From Clostridiales bacterium (GTDB lineage Bacteria; Bacillota; Clostridia; Lachnospirales; Lachnospiraceae), in NCBI GenBank assembly GCA_019420275.1, contig JAHZHN010000012.1, forward strand, positions 521 to 64,520: a DNA stretch of 64,000 nt, written 5' to 3'. The notes below the pieces were generated by a model. The model saw only the letters and a program-made list of their open reading frames with translations, had not been told where the DNA came from and ran no database searches. The stretch's first letter is position 1; the number at the start of each line of letters is the position of its first letter. Below, piece after piece: positions 39,605 through 48,361 of the stretch. The position numbers were made by a program, and so were the translations under genes.

Positions 39605-40186
39605 ATGAAAGAAGCAAAAACCGACCGCCGGGTACGACGCACCCAGAATGCCTTAAAAAGCAATCTTTTAATGCTTATGAAAGAACAGCCGATACAAAAA
39701 ATATCCGTTTCCCGCCTCTGCGAAAAATCGGATATTAATCGAAGCACGTTTTATACTTATTATTCCAGTCCGATGGATCTGCTCCACGAGATTGAAAAAG
39801 AAATTCTTTTTGCTTTGGATGAAAACGTAGCACAATATAACAGGGATAATTCTCTGACAGATTTTATGGATTCCCTAATTCATTATATCTCCAGTCATAA
39901 AGAACTGGTCCAGCTTGTCTTTTCCGACAATGGAGATCCAAGTTTCCTAGACCAGCTAGACAGCCGGGTTCAGGAAAACAATATTGCAAACTGGAAGCAG
40001 CAGTATCCCGATTTTAAAAAAGAGGATCTGGAATTTCTCTATATTTTCATTTCCAGAGGATGCATCGGCATCATACAGCACTGGATTCGGAATGGTTTTG
40101 TTCAGTCTGAAAAAGAAATTTCTCATCTGTTAAAATCTTTGTCTTTTTCTGCCGCTTCTAACTTTCTAAGAAATAAAGAACTCTGA
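39605..40186 (+). CDS. TetR/AcrR-family regulator
   Basis: DRRVRRT, ISV..LCE...INRSTFY.YY, C-terminal G.IGIIQHW. Confidence 0.92.
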   Translation: MKEAKTDRRVRRTQNALKSNLLMLMKEQPIQKISVSRLCEKSDINRSTFYTYYSSPMDLLHEIEKEILFALDENVAQYNRDNSLTDFMDSLIHYISSHKELVQLVFSDNGDPSFLDQLDSRVQENNIANWKQQYPDFKKEDLEFLYIFISRGCIGIIQHWIRNGFVQSEKEISHLLKSLSFSAASNFLRNKEL

Positions 40187-40810
40187 AATAATGTCCTGTA
40201 TATCAGAAAACAGCATGCTGGTATGATATCCATCTGCTGCTGCATGGGAAATCGTCAGCGCGGCTGATAGTTCTTTCCTTCCGTTATTCTCTGCATACTT
40301 CCCGAATGTAATAATAGGAAAAAGATTAGGTTCTCCTCCCGGAACCCATGTGCCATATCCTGTAAAATCCATCCATGGCACACAAGAAATACAGTAAAAA
40401 TTCGGCGGCTGATTTTTCTTTCCCTTGGGTCCTTTGCAGTCTTTATACTGTTCCATATCACCTATAATATTCTCATAGCATTGCTTAAAATCTTTATCAT
40501 AATAAGACCAGATATCAGAAAAAGTATGATCATCCTCATGAAAAATTGTATAGCTTGGATGCACTACATCCCAGATTCCAGGATTTCCATTTTCATCCTT
40601 TCCCATGCGAAATTCTTTTCTCCCGTTCACTGCTCTAGAGACACATGCAATAAACGCCGGATAAAATCTAAGTCCATGTTTTTTCACCTGATCATAGAAA
40701 TTTGTCACATCAAGCCGGACTGTGACGGAATATCCGCATGGAAGTATTTCCGTATAATATTTATAATGTTCCTTTCGTTCCCATTTTTCCTGATCGATCC
40801 GTTGAAACAT
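40166..40810 (-). CDS. CatA-like O-acetyltransferase (chloramphenicol acetyltransferase fold)
   Basis: W.RKEH, P.YTIFH, S.VPW..F, PIIT.GK, SHAAADGYH (catalytic His/Asp present). Confidence 0.85.
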   Translation of the reverse strand: MFQRIDQEKWERKEHYKYYTEILPCGYSVTVRLDVTNFYDQVKKHGLRFYPAFIACVSRAVNGRKEFRMGKDENGNPGIWDVVHPSYTIFHEDDHTFSDIWSYYDKDFKQCYENIIGDMEQYKDCKGPKGKKNQPPNFYCISCVPWMDFTGYGTWVPGGEPNLFPIITFGKYAENNGRKELSAALTISHAAADGYHTSMLFSDIQDIISEFFIS

Positions 40811-40818
40811 ACATCCTC

Positions 40819-41703
40819 CTATTCCAGCATCTCATATCCGCCTATGACTACAGGCATATTCAAAACTTCCAGCACTTTCTCAAGCAGCACTCCCTCCCGT
40901 TTCGGATAATCGAATCCGTAGCTTGCCTTGATTGCCTGAGTAATAAACTGCACTCCCTTATCCAAGGCAATCGGGAGACTGTCGCCGTTTAGCAGGCTTC
41001 CGATCATAACTGATGTGTAGGCGTCTCCGGTTCCCGGATAAGAAGCCGGTATATATCTGCACTGAATCTTCCAGTAAGTATTGCTCCTTCTGTCAAAAGC
41101 TACCACATTGGTATCTTTTCCTTCTCCCTGATCGGGCACACTGGTTGCCACCACAATTTCCGGCCCCATATCAGAAAGTGTCTTCAGCCACTTTTTAATC
41201 TTATGATCTGTAATTCTTTCCTCATAAGTTTCCCCTAACAGCAGGCTGACTTCGGTAAAATTTGGCGTAATAATGTCCGCTTTTTCCACCAGACGGCTCA
41301 TCTTACGGACATGATCCTGTGTCATCGTTGAATACAATGCTCCATTATCTCCCAACACTGGATCTACAACCACCATATTATCTTTTGTTCCAAAATCATC
41401 AATGAAATCAGATATGATCTGTATCTGACGTTCTGATCCAAGAAATCCAGAATAAATACAGTCAAAATCCAAATTCAATTTCTTCCAGCCATCGATATAA
41501 TCCTGCATATAGCTGGTAAAGTCTACATAACTGAACGTTTCGAATCCTCCCGTATGATTAGATAAAATCGCTGTTGGCAATGGACAAACTTGAACTCCCA
41601 TGGATGATAAGATCGGTATGATCGTTGTCAAAGATGCCCTTCCAAATCCGGAGAGATCATGAATGGCCGCTACCCTCTGAACACTGCGCTTTCTCATATT
41701 CAT
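40819..41703 (-). CDS. pdxK: Pyridoxal/pyridoxamine kinase
   Basis: IHDLSGFGR.SL, PTAILSNHTG, VDPVLGD.G, TPNFTE, GTGD. Confidence 0.9.
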   Translation of the reverse strand: MNMRKRSVQRVAAIHDLSGFGRASLTTIIPILSSMGVQVCPLPTAILSNHTGGFETFSYVDFTSYMQDYIDGWKKLNLDFDCIYSGFLGSERQIQIISDFIDDFGTKDNMVVVDPVLGDNGALYSTMTQDHVRKMSRLVEKADIITPNFTEVSLLLGETYEERITDHKIKKWLKTLSDMGPEIVVATSVPDQGEGKDTNVVAFDRRSNTYWKIQCRYIPASYPGTGDAYTSVMIGSLLNGDSLPIALDKGVQFITQAIKASYGFDYPKREGVLLEKVLEVLNMPVVIGGYEMLE

Positions 41704-41712
41704 CTCCCCTTT

Positions 41713-42639
41713 CTATCTCAGCCGGAATGTTAAGATTCCCTTGTAATCGATGACATCAATTTCTTTATCCTGCTTCATCTTCTCTATCATCTCATCTGTA
41801 TCTTCTGTTCCACGGCTGCTCAAAAATCCATTTAACTCAAACTGATTCATAGGATGACGTCCGATAATAGATTTTACAGCCTCATAATCATCCTCGATTT
41901 CGCTGAAAAAGCTGCCGGAACTGAGCATCTCAATAGAAATTCCGCCTAATTCTTTTACCGCATACTTCATTCTTTCATCCGATACCACATTGACACCTTC
42001 CTCAGCTGGAGGCCGCACCGGCGTATTTAAATACAAACGATCATAGTTTAATTCTTTTAACAATTCTTTAAAATGCGCAATGGATTTCTCATCATCATTA
42101 ATTCCATCCACCAGCATGATCTCCAACCACAATTCTCCTTGATACATGCTGCAGAACTCTTTCAGACCCTGAAATTCTTCTTCAAATTTAATCGTTCCAT
42201 ACGGGCGGTCAATCTTTTTTGCGATTTCCTGATTATACGCATCCAGCGACGGCAGCACCATATCCGCATGACACAGTTCTTCTCTTACCTGAGGATCTGA
42301 AAGCAGTGCCCCGTTCGTAATAACTGCCACCGGCTTGTCCGTCATTTCCTTCAGACCACAGATTAATTCTCCTAAATTACTGCAAAGAGTCGGCTCCCCT
42401 TCTCCTACCACTGTTACAATGTCAAATTTGTCAGAATCCTTCAAATACTCCTTAAATTCTTTTAAAATATCTTCTGTCTTATAAAATTCCTGCCGCTGAT
42501 TGGTCATCCGGTTCGTCCTGCCAAGCTGACAGTAAATACAAGAATAATTACAGGTCTTTTTTGGCAAAGGACTGATTCCCAAAGATCGGCCCAATCTCCT
42601 GGAAGGAATTGGCCCGAATATATATCGAAATTCTTTCAT
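41713..42639 (-). CDS. Radical SAM protein (TYW1-like Fe-S oxidoreductase family, function unknown)
   Basis: FGPIPSRRLGRSLGI, CNYSCIYC, GEPTL, ITNG, RPP. Confidence 0.88.
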   Translation of the reverse strand: MKEFRYIFGPIPSRRLGRSLGISPLPKKTCNYSCIYCQLGRTNRMTNQRQEFYKTEDILKEFKEYLKDSDKFDIVTVVGEGEPTLCSNLGELICGLKEMTDKPVAVITNGALLSDPQVREELCHADMVLPSLDAYNQEIAKKIDRPYGTIKFEEEFQGLKEFCSMYQGELWLEIMLVDGINDDEKSIAHFKELLKELNYDRLYLNTPVRPPAEEGVNVVSDERMKYAVKELGGISIEMLSSGSFFSEIEDDYEAVKSIIGRHPMNQFELNGFLSSRGTEDTDEMIEKMKQDKEIDVIDYKGILTFRLR

Positions 42640-42691
42640 ATTATCGCCTTCCTTTTAAGTTTTCTTTCTATTATAGCAGAAAAAGGAAAAC

Positions 42692-42717
42692 GCAGCAGAA
42701 ATTTTTCCTGCTGCGCT
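42692..42717 (-). terminator. Intrinsic terminator after fprA
   Basis: CGCAGCAG...CTGCTGCG stem followed by a U-rich tract on the minus strand. Confidence 0.7.
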
Positions 42718-42745
42718 GTTTCTTCTATTATTTAATGTATGTTTA

Positions 42746-43912
42746 TTATGCCAGAAGATTGTCTGCCAATTCTTCCATTGTCTTAACATTTTCTTCTTTC
42801 ATTGTAGATTTGATCGTAACAACAGGATCAACTAATTCTACATTCTTAAAGTTCTCTACAATTGCCTTCATGTTCTTTGCAGCTGTCGGAGCCCAAGAAC
42901 CATTTTCCATAAAAGCAATCTTTCTCTTCTGATAATTCTTTGCTTTCAGGTGATGCAGGAAATCTTCCATGCAAGGGAATAATCCTCCATCATATGTAGC
43001 ACACGCAAGAACAAGAGTATCATAACGGAAAGCATCTTCTACAGCTTCTGCCATATCGTCTCTGGAAAGATCTGTCACAACAACTTTCTTTGCACCTTTT
43101 TCCTCCAGAATCTCTGCAAATTTCTTTGCTGCTTTTCCTGTATTTCCATGAATGGAAGCATATGCAATTACGATACCTTCATCTTCCGGTTCATATTTAC
43201 TCCATGTGTCATATAATCCGATATAATACCCAAGATTTTCTTTCAAAATTGGTCCGTGAAGCGGGCAGATCATCTGAATATCAAGTCCCGCTGCCTTCTT
43301 AAGAAGTGCCTGTACCTGCATTCCATATTTTCCAACAATATTGAAATAGTAACGTCTTGCTTCACATGCCCAGTCCTCTTCTGCATCTAAAGCACCAAAT
43401 TTACCAAATCCATCTGCTGAGAATAAGATTTTCTCAGTCTGCTCATATGCCACCATAACTTCCGGCCAATGCACCATTGGAGCCATAAAGAACTGCAGTG
43501 TATGTTTTCCGAGAGATACCGTATCCCCTTCTTTTACTGTCACAATACGGTCTTCCAGATTGTCAATATTGAAGAACTGAGGGATCATATTGAATGTCTT
43601 CGCATTTCCGATCAGTTTTGCTTCCGGATATTTTTCTACAAGAATCTGCAGACTTGCTGCATGGTCTGGTTCCAGATGGGAAACAACGATATAATCCACA
43701 TTTCTTCCATCTAATTCTTTCTCCAGGTTAGACAGCCATTCATCGGTTTTTCTCTGATCAATCGTATCCATAACAGCAACCTTCTCATCTAAAATAACAT
43801 AAGAGTTGTATGATACGCCATTTGGAATCACATACTGGCTTTCAAACAGATCCAGGTCTTTGTCATCCGCACCGATATATTTAATCGCATCTGTAATTAC
43901 AATATCTTTCAT
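42746..43912 (-). CDS. fprA: Class A flavodiiron protein (FprA)
   Basis: SHLEPDH, HWPE, SADGFG, PLHG, flavodoxin domain SIHGNT. Confidence 0.94.
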   Translation of the reverse strand: MKDIVITDAIKYIGADDKDLDLFESQYVIPNGVSYNSYVILDEKVAVMDTIDQRKTDEWLSNLEKELDGRNVDYIVVSHLEPDHAASLQILVEKYPEAKLIGNAKTFNMIPQFFNIDNLEDRIVTVKEGDTVSLGKHTLQFFMAPMVHWPEVMVAYEQTEKILFSADGFGKFGALDAEEDWACEARRYYFNIVGKYGMQVQALLKKAAGLDIQMICPLHGPILKENLGYYIGLYDTWSKYEPEDEGIVIAYASIHGNTGKAAKKFAEILEEKGAKKVVVTDLSRDDMAEAVEDAFRYDTLVLACATYDGGLFPCMEDFLHHLKAKNYQKRKIAFMENGSWAPTAAKNMKAIVENFKNVELVDPVVTIKSTMKEENVKTMEELADNLLA

Positions 43913-43998
43913 TTGTTACCTCCAAACTCCATGATCTTTATATCATCTTTTCGTCACTACTATAACATATTTGAAATTAGATTACCAGTTCTTCAGTT

Positions 43999-44013
43999 TT
44001 ATAATAATTACTA
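43999..44013. promoter_or_regulatory. PerR-like box upstream of fprA
   Basis: TTATAATAATTACTA vs Per box TTATAATNATTATAA (2 mismatches). Confidence 0.6.
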
Positions 44014-44182
44014 TTTTTAGTACAATCTTTAGATCAATTTCCTCTCGTTTTCCAGAGTTTTTACAATATTCGCTGCCGCTGCCTTAGATGCATATCTCTC
44101 CACATGTTTTTCATAACATAAAGTATAAACACCATCTCTATAAGTTGGATAGCTGTTTTGCTGTCGTCCACTCATATTTTAA

Positions 44183-44218
44183 AAAGGGCCAGGCTGCATG
44201 ACAGCAGTCTGGCCCTTT
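44183..44218 (-). terminator. Intrinsic terminator after the secreted-protein gene
   Basis: AAAGGGCCAGGCTG-N8-CAGTCTGGCCCTTT. Confidence 0.8.
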
Positions 44219-44240
44219 CCTCTTTGGTATATCATTCATT

Positions 44241-44798
44241 TTACTGGTTTCGTACATCAATGCTGAATGTTATATTTCCTGTATATGTGCCAGCAGCAAT
44301 TTCATCATAATTATCTGCTTTGATTACTCTGCTGACGGATGCTTTCCCATCTGTCACTTTTTCATTTCCATAAAAACTTATGAGCAAATCCCCAATGTCA
44401 TAGGCATCTGATGGTCTGGTGCTGTATCTGCTTGAGTATACTTTATAAGTTGCTTCCTGATTATCTTCACTGCCTAGAGCAAACTTTCCTTTGATATTTC
44501 CATATCCAGCATCCGCAATACTTACACTGACCTTTTTCCCATCCGGAATTGCATTTAAGCTGTCTTCATTCATAGTAAACTGAATGGTTGCGGCATCTGC
44601 CGAATCCATCGTCACAGAAGCCGGAATTCCAACAGAAAAGCTTGGAGCCGGATTTTCTTTTACAAGAGAGATATTGGTCTGTGCACTTTGATTTTCTCCC
44701 TCGCTTACTGATACTTCTGCCGCTGAGACTGGAATCGCACTGCTGATCAGCATTGCACAGACTAATCCCAGAGCTGCAATTTTTCTAAACTTTCTCAT
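44241..44798 (-). CDS. Secreted beta-rich hypothetical protein (putative fibre/WxL-like subunit)
   Basis: Sec signal peptide (VSA-AE), F.V.IPA motif, C-terminal AGTYTGNITFSI; start at ATG 44798 after AAGGAGG. Confidence 0.7.
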   Translation of the reverse strand: MRKFRKIAALGLVCAMLISSAIPVSAAEVSVSEGENQSAQTNISLVKENPAPSFSVGIPASVTMDSADAATIQFTMNEDSLNAIPDGKKVSVSIADAGYGNIKGKFALGSEDNQEATYKVYSSRYSTRPSDAYDIGDLLISFYGNEKVTDGKASVSRVIKADNYDEIAAGTYTGNITFSIDVRNQ

Positions 44799-44863
44799 AA
44801 TCGAAACCTCCTTTATAAGTCTCTGTCTTTTCATGTTTTATATCATCCCGCCAGGGAAAATAT

Positions 44864-45364
44864 CTAAGATGCAATCAAATTCGTGGAGACAACCGCATTA
44901 TTCAATGTTTTCTGATCATCCATTGTATAAGTATCAATGCGGATATCCATCTTATATGTACCAGCCGGAACTTCATCTTCTAAATCCGCCTCTGTCAGTG
45001 CCCTTCCCGGCTCAATCAAATCTGATTGATAAATTTCTTCTCCTGTATCGCTTAAAATAAAGGTGTAGACAAAATAGCAGTCATTTTCTTTTGGATTTAC
45101 GAGCGTCATATCAATCTTGTCAGATCCGCCTTCCATATAAACATCTCCATAATAAGGAATCTGTATATCCGCATTTTTATCTGCGCTCTGCATGTCCTGA
45201 TCCCATTCAATTGTATTTTTCTGGACTTTCAGTCCATTTGAAGCCGTATCTCTGTCCCCTAAAAGAAAATAGCCAGCTGTTATTCCTGCCGCCAGTACAA
45301 TAACAAAGACTGCGCCAATCATCCAGATTTTTCTGTTTTTTCGAACATTTTTTTGCTGTGACAT
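44864..45364 (-). CDS. Membrane-anchored extracellular hypothetical protein
   Basis: Basic N-terminus plus single TM, IQIPYY, LVNP..N.CYF, QSDLIEPG, GTY; likely ATG 45364. Confidence 0.7.
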   Translation of the reverse strand: MSQQKNVRKNRKIWMIGAVFVIVLAAGITAGYFLLGDRDTASNGLKVQKNTIEWDQDMQSADKNADIQIPYYGDVYMEGGSDKIDMTLVNPKENDCYFVYTFILSDTGEEIYQSDLIEPGRALTEADLEDEVPAGTYKMDIRIDTYTMDDQKTLNNAVVSTNLIAS

Positions 45365-45425
45365 TTCTATTTTCACTCCTGACTTTTGACATCTTTTCTA
45401 AATACATTACTATTTAACCATTGTT

Positions 45426-45458
45426 TTGTTAAATCCACTAGAAACATCTTGTTAAATC
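45426..45458. promoter_or_regulatory. 10-bp direct repeats upstream of the two-gene module
   Basis: TTGTTAAATC at 45426 and 45449 (23-bp period). Confidence 0.5.
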
Positions 45459-45517
45459 AACGCAAACTCCTTGCTGCTGCATATTTTTAGAGTATTTTCC
45501 GACATTATATTAAAAAA

Positions 45518-45541
45518 ATCCCGGAAGCTGTGCTTCCGGGA
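45518..45541 (-). terminator. Intrinsic terminator after the racemase fragment
   Basis: ATCCCGGAAGC-TGT-GCTTCCGGGAT with A7 on the left (U tract on minus). Confidence 0.8.
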
Positions 45542-45567
45542 TAAGAATTCTTTTATGCATTACCGTA

Positions 45568-46005
45568 TTAATTAATGGTAATAATGTCACACTTTTTAAT
45601 AATGGAATCCGGAATTTCCTGTCCAATTCCTGGACGATCTGGAATTGCAATATTTCCGTTTACCGGACTATCATCATAAACACCAAGACTTTTAGTAAAA
45701 TCAGTCATATTACCAACATGATATTCATGAATACAGAAATTTGGAATAACTGCTTCTATCTGAAGTGCGGCTGCATTCGAAATTGGGCCTCCACATACAT
45801 GAGTCTGAACAAGAACATCATAAATCTGTGCCATATCACATATTTTCTTACCTTCGGTAATGCCTCCGCAGTTTGCGATATCTGGCTGAATAATATCCAG
45901 AGATCTTGACTCCAAGAACGGACGATATCCATATCTTGAATAGATACGTTCTCCAGATGCTAATGGAATATTCGTTTTCTCTTTCAGCTTTGCCATCAAT
46001 GATGC
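45568..46005 (-). pseudogene. 5'-truncated mandelate racemase/muconate lactonizing (enolase superfamily) gene
   Basis: Only the C-terminal part is present (IPLASGER, IIQPD...GGITE.KKI, H..GG, P.RPGIG); N-terminal capping domain and upstream metal ligands are absent. Confidence 0.8.
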
Positions 46006-46224
46006 TCCAGAATATATCCCCATCAATTCTAACACCCTTTACTTTGTTCTTAATGCTATTTCTGTAGGCAATAAACCCATCCAATCTTTTCTGCCTTTTT
46101 TAATCTTTATATACTAATTTTTCACCCCGCTTGTCCACTTTGAATTCTCCTTTAATGATATCAAGTCATTGAAACCACAATATCTAAAAACAAATGATTT
46201 GTTCAGCAGCAATTTTAAATAAAA

Positions 46225-46995
46225 TCATTTTCTTCCAATAATAATTGCAGCATCTCCTAATACTTTTTTATTTAGCAAAATTTTAGGCAAATCAATTATA
46301 TCTTTAAGCTTTTCAATTTTGATATTTGAAACCTCAAGTGAGTTAATGGTATAAAAAAAATCATCATATTTGCCGAATATTTTTTCATCAAGAAATAAAT
46401 CTAAGAATATAAACTCTCCATTTTTTTTAACAACTCTTAATGCTTCCTTAAATACTTTTATTTTATCATTTTCATCTTTTACTTCATGAAAAGTTAAACA
46501 ACTCACCACCACATCAAATTCATTATCTTCAAATGGCAGCTTGGATGCACTCGATTTTATAAAAGAAACTCTATCTGATACACCTTCATATTCAGCATTA
46601 TTCTCACATAATTTTTTTGAATATTCCCAATCATTTCCCCAATAGTCAATTCCTATAAGGGACGCTCTTGTAAATGACTTGGCCATTTTTATTATGAGTG
46701 AACCGCTTCCACTGCCTATATCTAATATTTTTCCATTACCATTATAATCAATCTTACTTACGATTAAATCATGTATTATCGATTGAAAGTTGCCACCCAA
46801 ACTTGAAAACTGATAATAGCAATATATTATTATTATTGAAATATATAGAAATGGCAAAAATAAAATCCCTGCGCTTATTCGTAAAAACAAGTTAATGGGT
46901 AAAAAAGCAACCAATATCAATAATATAGAAATTATCGAAAAAATGATTATTTTATTCACTCTTATCCAAGTCTTATAAACGGGTTTTTTATTCAT
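46225..46995 (-). CDS. Class I SAM-dependent methyltransferase with N-terminal TM segments
   Basis: ILDIGSGSG, GIDYW, LPF.DNEFDVVVS..TFHEV, EALRV.K.G; very AT-rich. Confidence 0.88.
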   Translation of the reverse strand: MNKKPVYKTWIRVNKIIIFSIISILLILVAFLPINLFLRISAGILFLPFLYISIIIIYCYYQFSSLGGNFQSIIHDLIVSKIDYNGNGKILDIGSGSGSLIIKMAKSFTRASLIGIDYWGNDWEYSKKLCENNAEYEGVSDRVSFIKSSASKLPFEDNEFDVVVSCLTFHEVKDENDKIKVFKEALRVVKKNGEFIFLDLFLDEKIFGKYDDFFYTINSLEVSNIKIEKLKDIIDLPKILLNKKVLGDAAIIIGRK

Positions 46996-47285
46996 AATTC
47001 CACCTCGCCTAATTCTGTTTTCCATTCAACAGCCTTGACTTTATAGATCCCATTATACTATCACTATCTATAAAATCAAACTGACTTAAAATGTTAGTTC
47101 TTTTCCCAGTCTTTTTTCTTTTGTTGTTCCACAATTCGTTTTTTCTTCTACAGGGCTAAAGATTGCCTTCCTCCTTTCGACATCTCCAGCAGTGAAGCCG
47201 ATGTTACCTCAAATCTCAGATCATGGTGGATCAGCGGATTTCCACCCTGTTTTCTGCCGGCGCAGCACGTTTCAAAAGGTAAAAG

Positions 47286-47319
47286 AAAAACCCCAGAAAC
47301 TCGTGGTTTCTGAGGTTTT
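47286..47319 (-). terminator. Intrinsic terminator after rpsI
   Basis: AAAACCCCAGAAAC-TCGTG-GTTTCTGAGGTTTT. Confidence 0.8.
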
Positions 47320-47365
47320 GTAAGTCTTTTTTCGTTCCAAACGATTATCTCTTGGTAAACTAAAA

Positions 47366-47758
47366 TTAACGTTTTGAGAACTGTGGTGCACGACGTGCTT
47401 TTCTGAGACCTGGTTTCTTTCTTTCTTTCATTCTTGGGTCTCTTGTTAAGAATCCAGCTTTCTTAAGAACTGGACGGAAATCTCCGTCTACCTGTAACAA
47501 AGCTCTGGAAATACCATGACGGATTGCTCCAGCCTGTCCTGTAAATCCACCACCGTGAACGTTTACTAATACATCATATTTGTCAAGAGTATCTGTAGCA
47601 ACCAATGGCTGACGTACAACTACTTTTAATGTTTCTAATCCTAAATATTCGTCAATATCTCTTTTATTGATTGTGATCTTACCTGTTCCAGGTACTAAAT
47701 ATACTCTGGCAACACTGCTTTTTCTTCTACCGGTTCCATAATATTTTGCTGTAGCCAC
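47366..47758 (-). CDS. rpsI: 30S ribosomal protein S9
   Basis: [37 protein letters not shown]. Confidence 0.98.
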   Translation of the reverse strand: MATAKYYGTGRRKSSVARVYLVPGTGKITINKRDIDEYLGLETLKVVVRQPLVATDTLDKYDVLVNVHGGGFTGQAGAIRHGISRALLQVDGDFRPVLKKAGFLTRDPRMKERKKPGLRKARRAPQFSKR

Positions 47759-47777
47759 TTCTTCGTCCTCCTTCTAA

Positions 47778-48212
47778 TTAATACTTGATCTCTAATGCTT
47801 TTGGCTGCTGAGCCTGATTGTTGTGCTCTGGGCCTGCATATACGTGAAGCTTCTTAATCATCTTTCTTCCTAAAGGACCTTTTGGAAGCATACCCTTTAC
47901 TGCAAGATAAATTACGTCTTCAGGTTTTTTGGCTAATTTGTCTCTTAATGTCTGTTCTTTCATTCCTCCGACATAGTCAGAATGACGATAGTAAATCTTC
48001 TGGTCTAATTTCTTACCAGTTACTTTGATCTTATCAGCATTAACAACGATCACATGATCACCTGTATCGATATGAGGTGTATATGTCGGTTTGTTCTTTC
48101 CTCTTAAAATTTTAGCAATCTCTGATGTCAAACGTCCTAATGTATGTCCTGTAGCATCAACTACATACCATTCTCTTTTAATTGTTGATGGGCTGGCCAT
48201 AAAACTTTTCAT
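47778..48212 (-). CDS. rplM: 50S ribosomal protein L13
   Basis: WYVVDA, LGRL, LRGKNKP.YTP..DTGD, GMLPK; start at ATG 48212. Confidence 0.98.
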   Translation of the reverse strand: MKSFMASPSTIKREWYVVDATGHTLGRLTSEIAKILRGKNKPTYTPHIDTGDHVIVVNADKIKVTGKKLDQKIYYRHSDYVGGMKEQTLRDKLAKKPEDVIYLAVKGMLPKGPLGRKMIKKLHVYAGPEHNNQAQQPKALEIKY

Positions 48213-48244
48213 GGTGTTCCTCCTTAATATTATCAATCCTTGTG

Positions 48245-48300
48245 TCTATATTCAAATACTCCCACCGGGGCTTTGGGGTAGTATTTTCCCTCATGTCACA
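48245..48300 (-). ncRNA. L13 ribosomal protein leader (candidate)
   Basis: 5' UTR of rplM with stem AAATACT...AGTATTT enclosing CCCC-AAAG-CCCCGG. Confidence 0.55.
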
Positions 48301-48307
48301 GTTTTAT

Positions 48308-48336
48308 ATTATATAACACAGACTCGGGCGTGTCAA
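48308..48336 (-). promoter_or_regulatory. Consensus sigma-A promoter of rplM-rpsI
   Basis: TTGACA-N17-TATAAT. Confidence 0.85.
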
Positions 48337-48361
48337 TAGAATTTTCCCTAAATCCCAAAGC

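Noticed and set aside
40166..40810. Acquired chloramphenicol resistance gene
   Set aside because: Host-like composition, last gene of a chromosomal operon, no leader peptide or mobile context; resistance cannot be inferred from sequence.
45568..46035. Intact 155-aa racemase CDS
   Set aside because: Lacks the N-terminal domain and the first half of the barrel, and the start has no convincing RBS. Called a pseudogene.
44000..47366. Intact ICE/IME or prophage at rpsI
   Set aside because: No integrase, relaxase, transposase or phage gene, and no duplicated rpsI 3' end found by eye.
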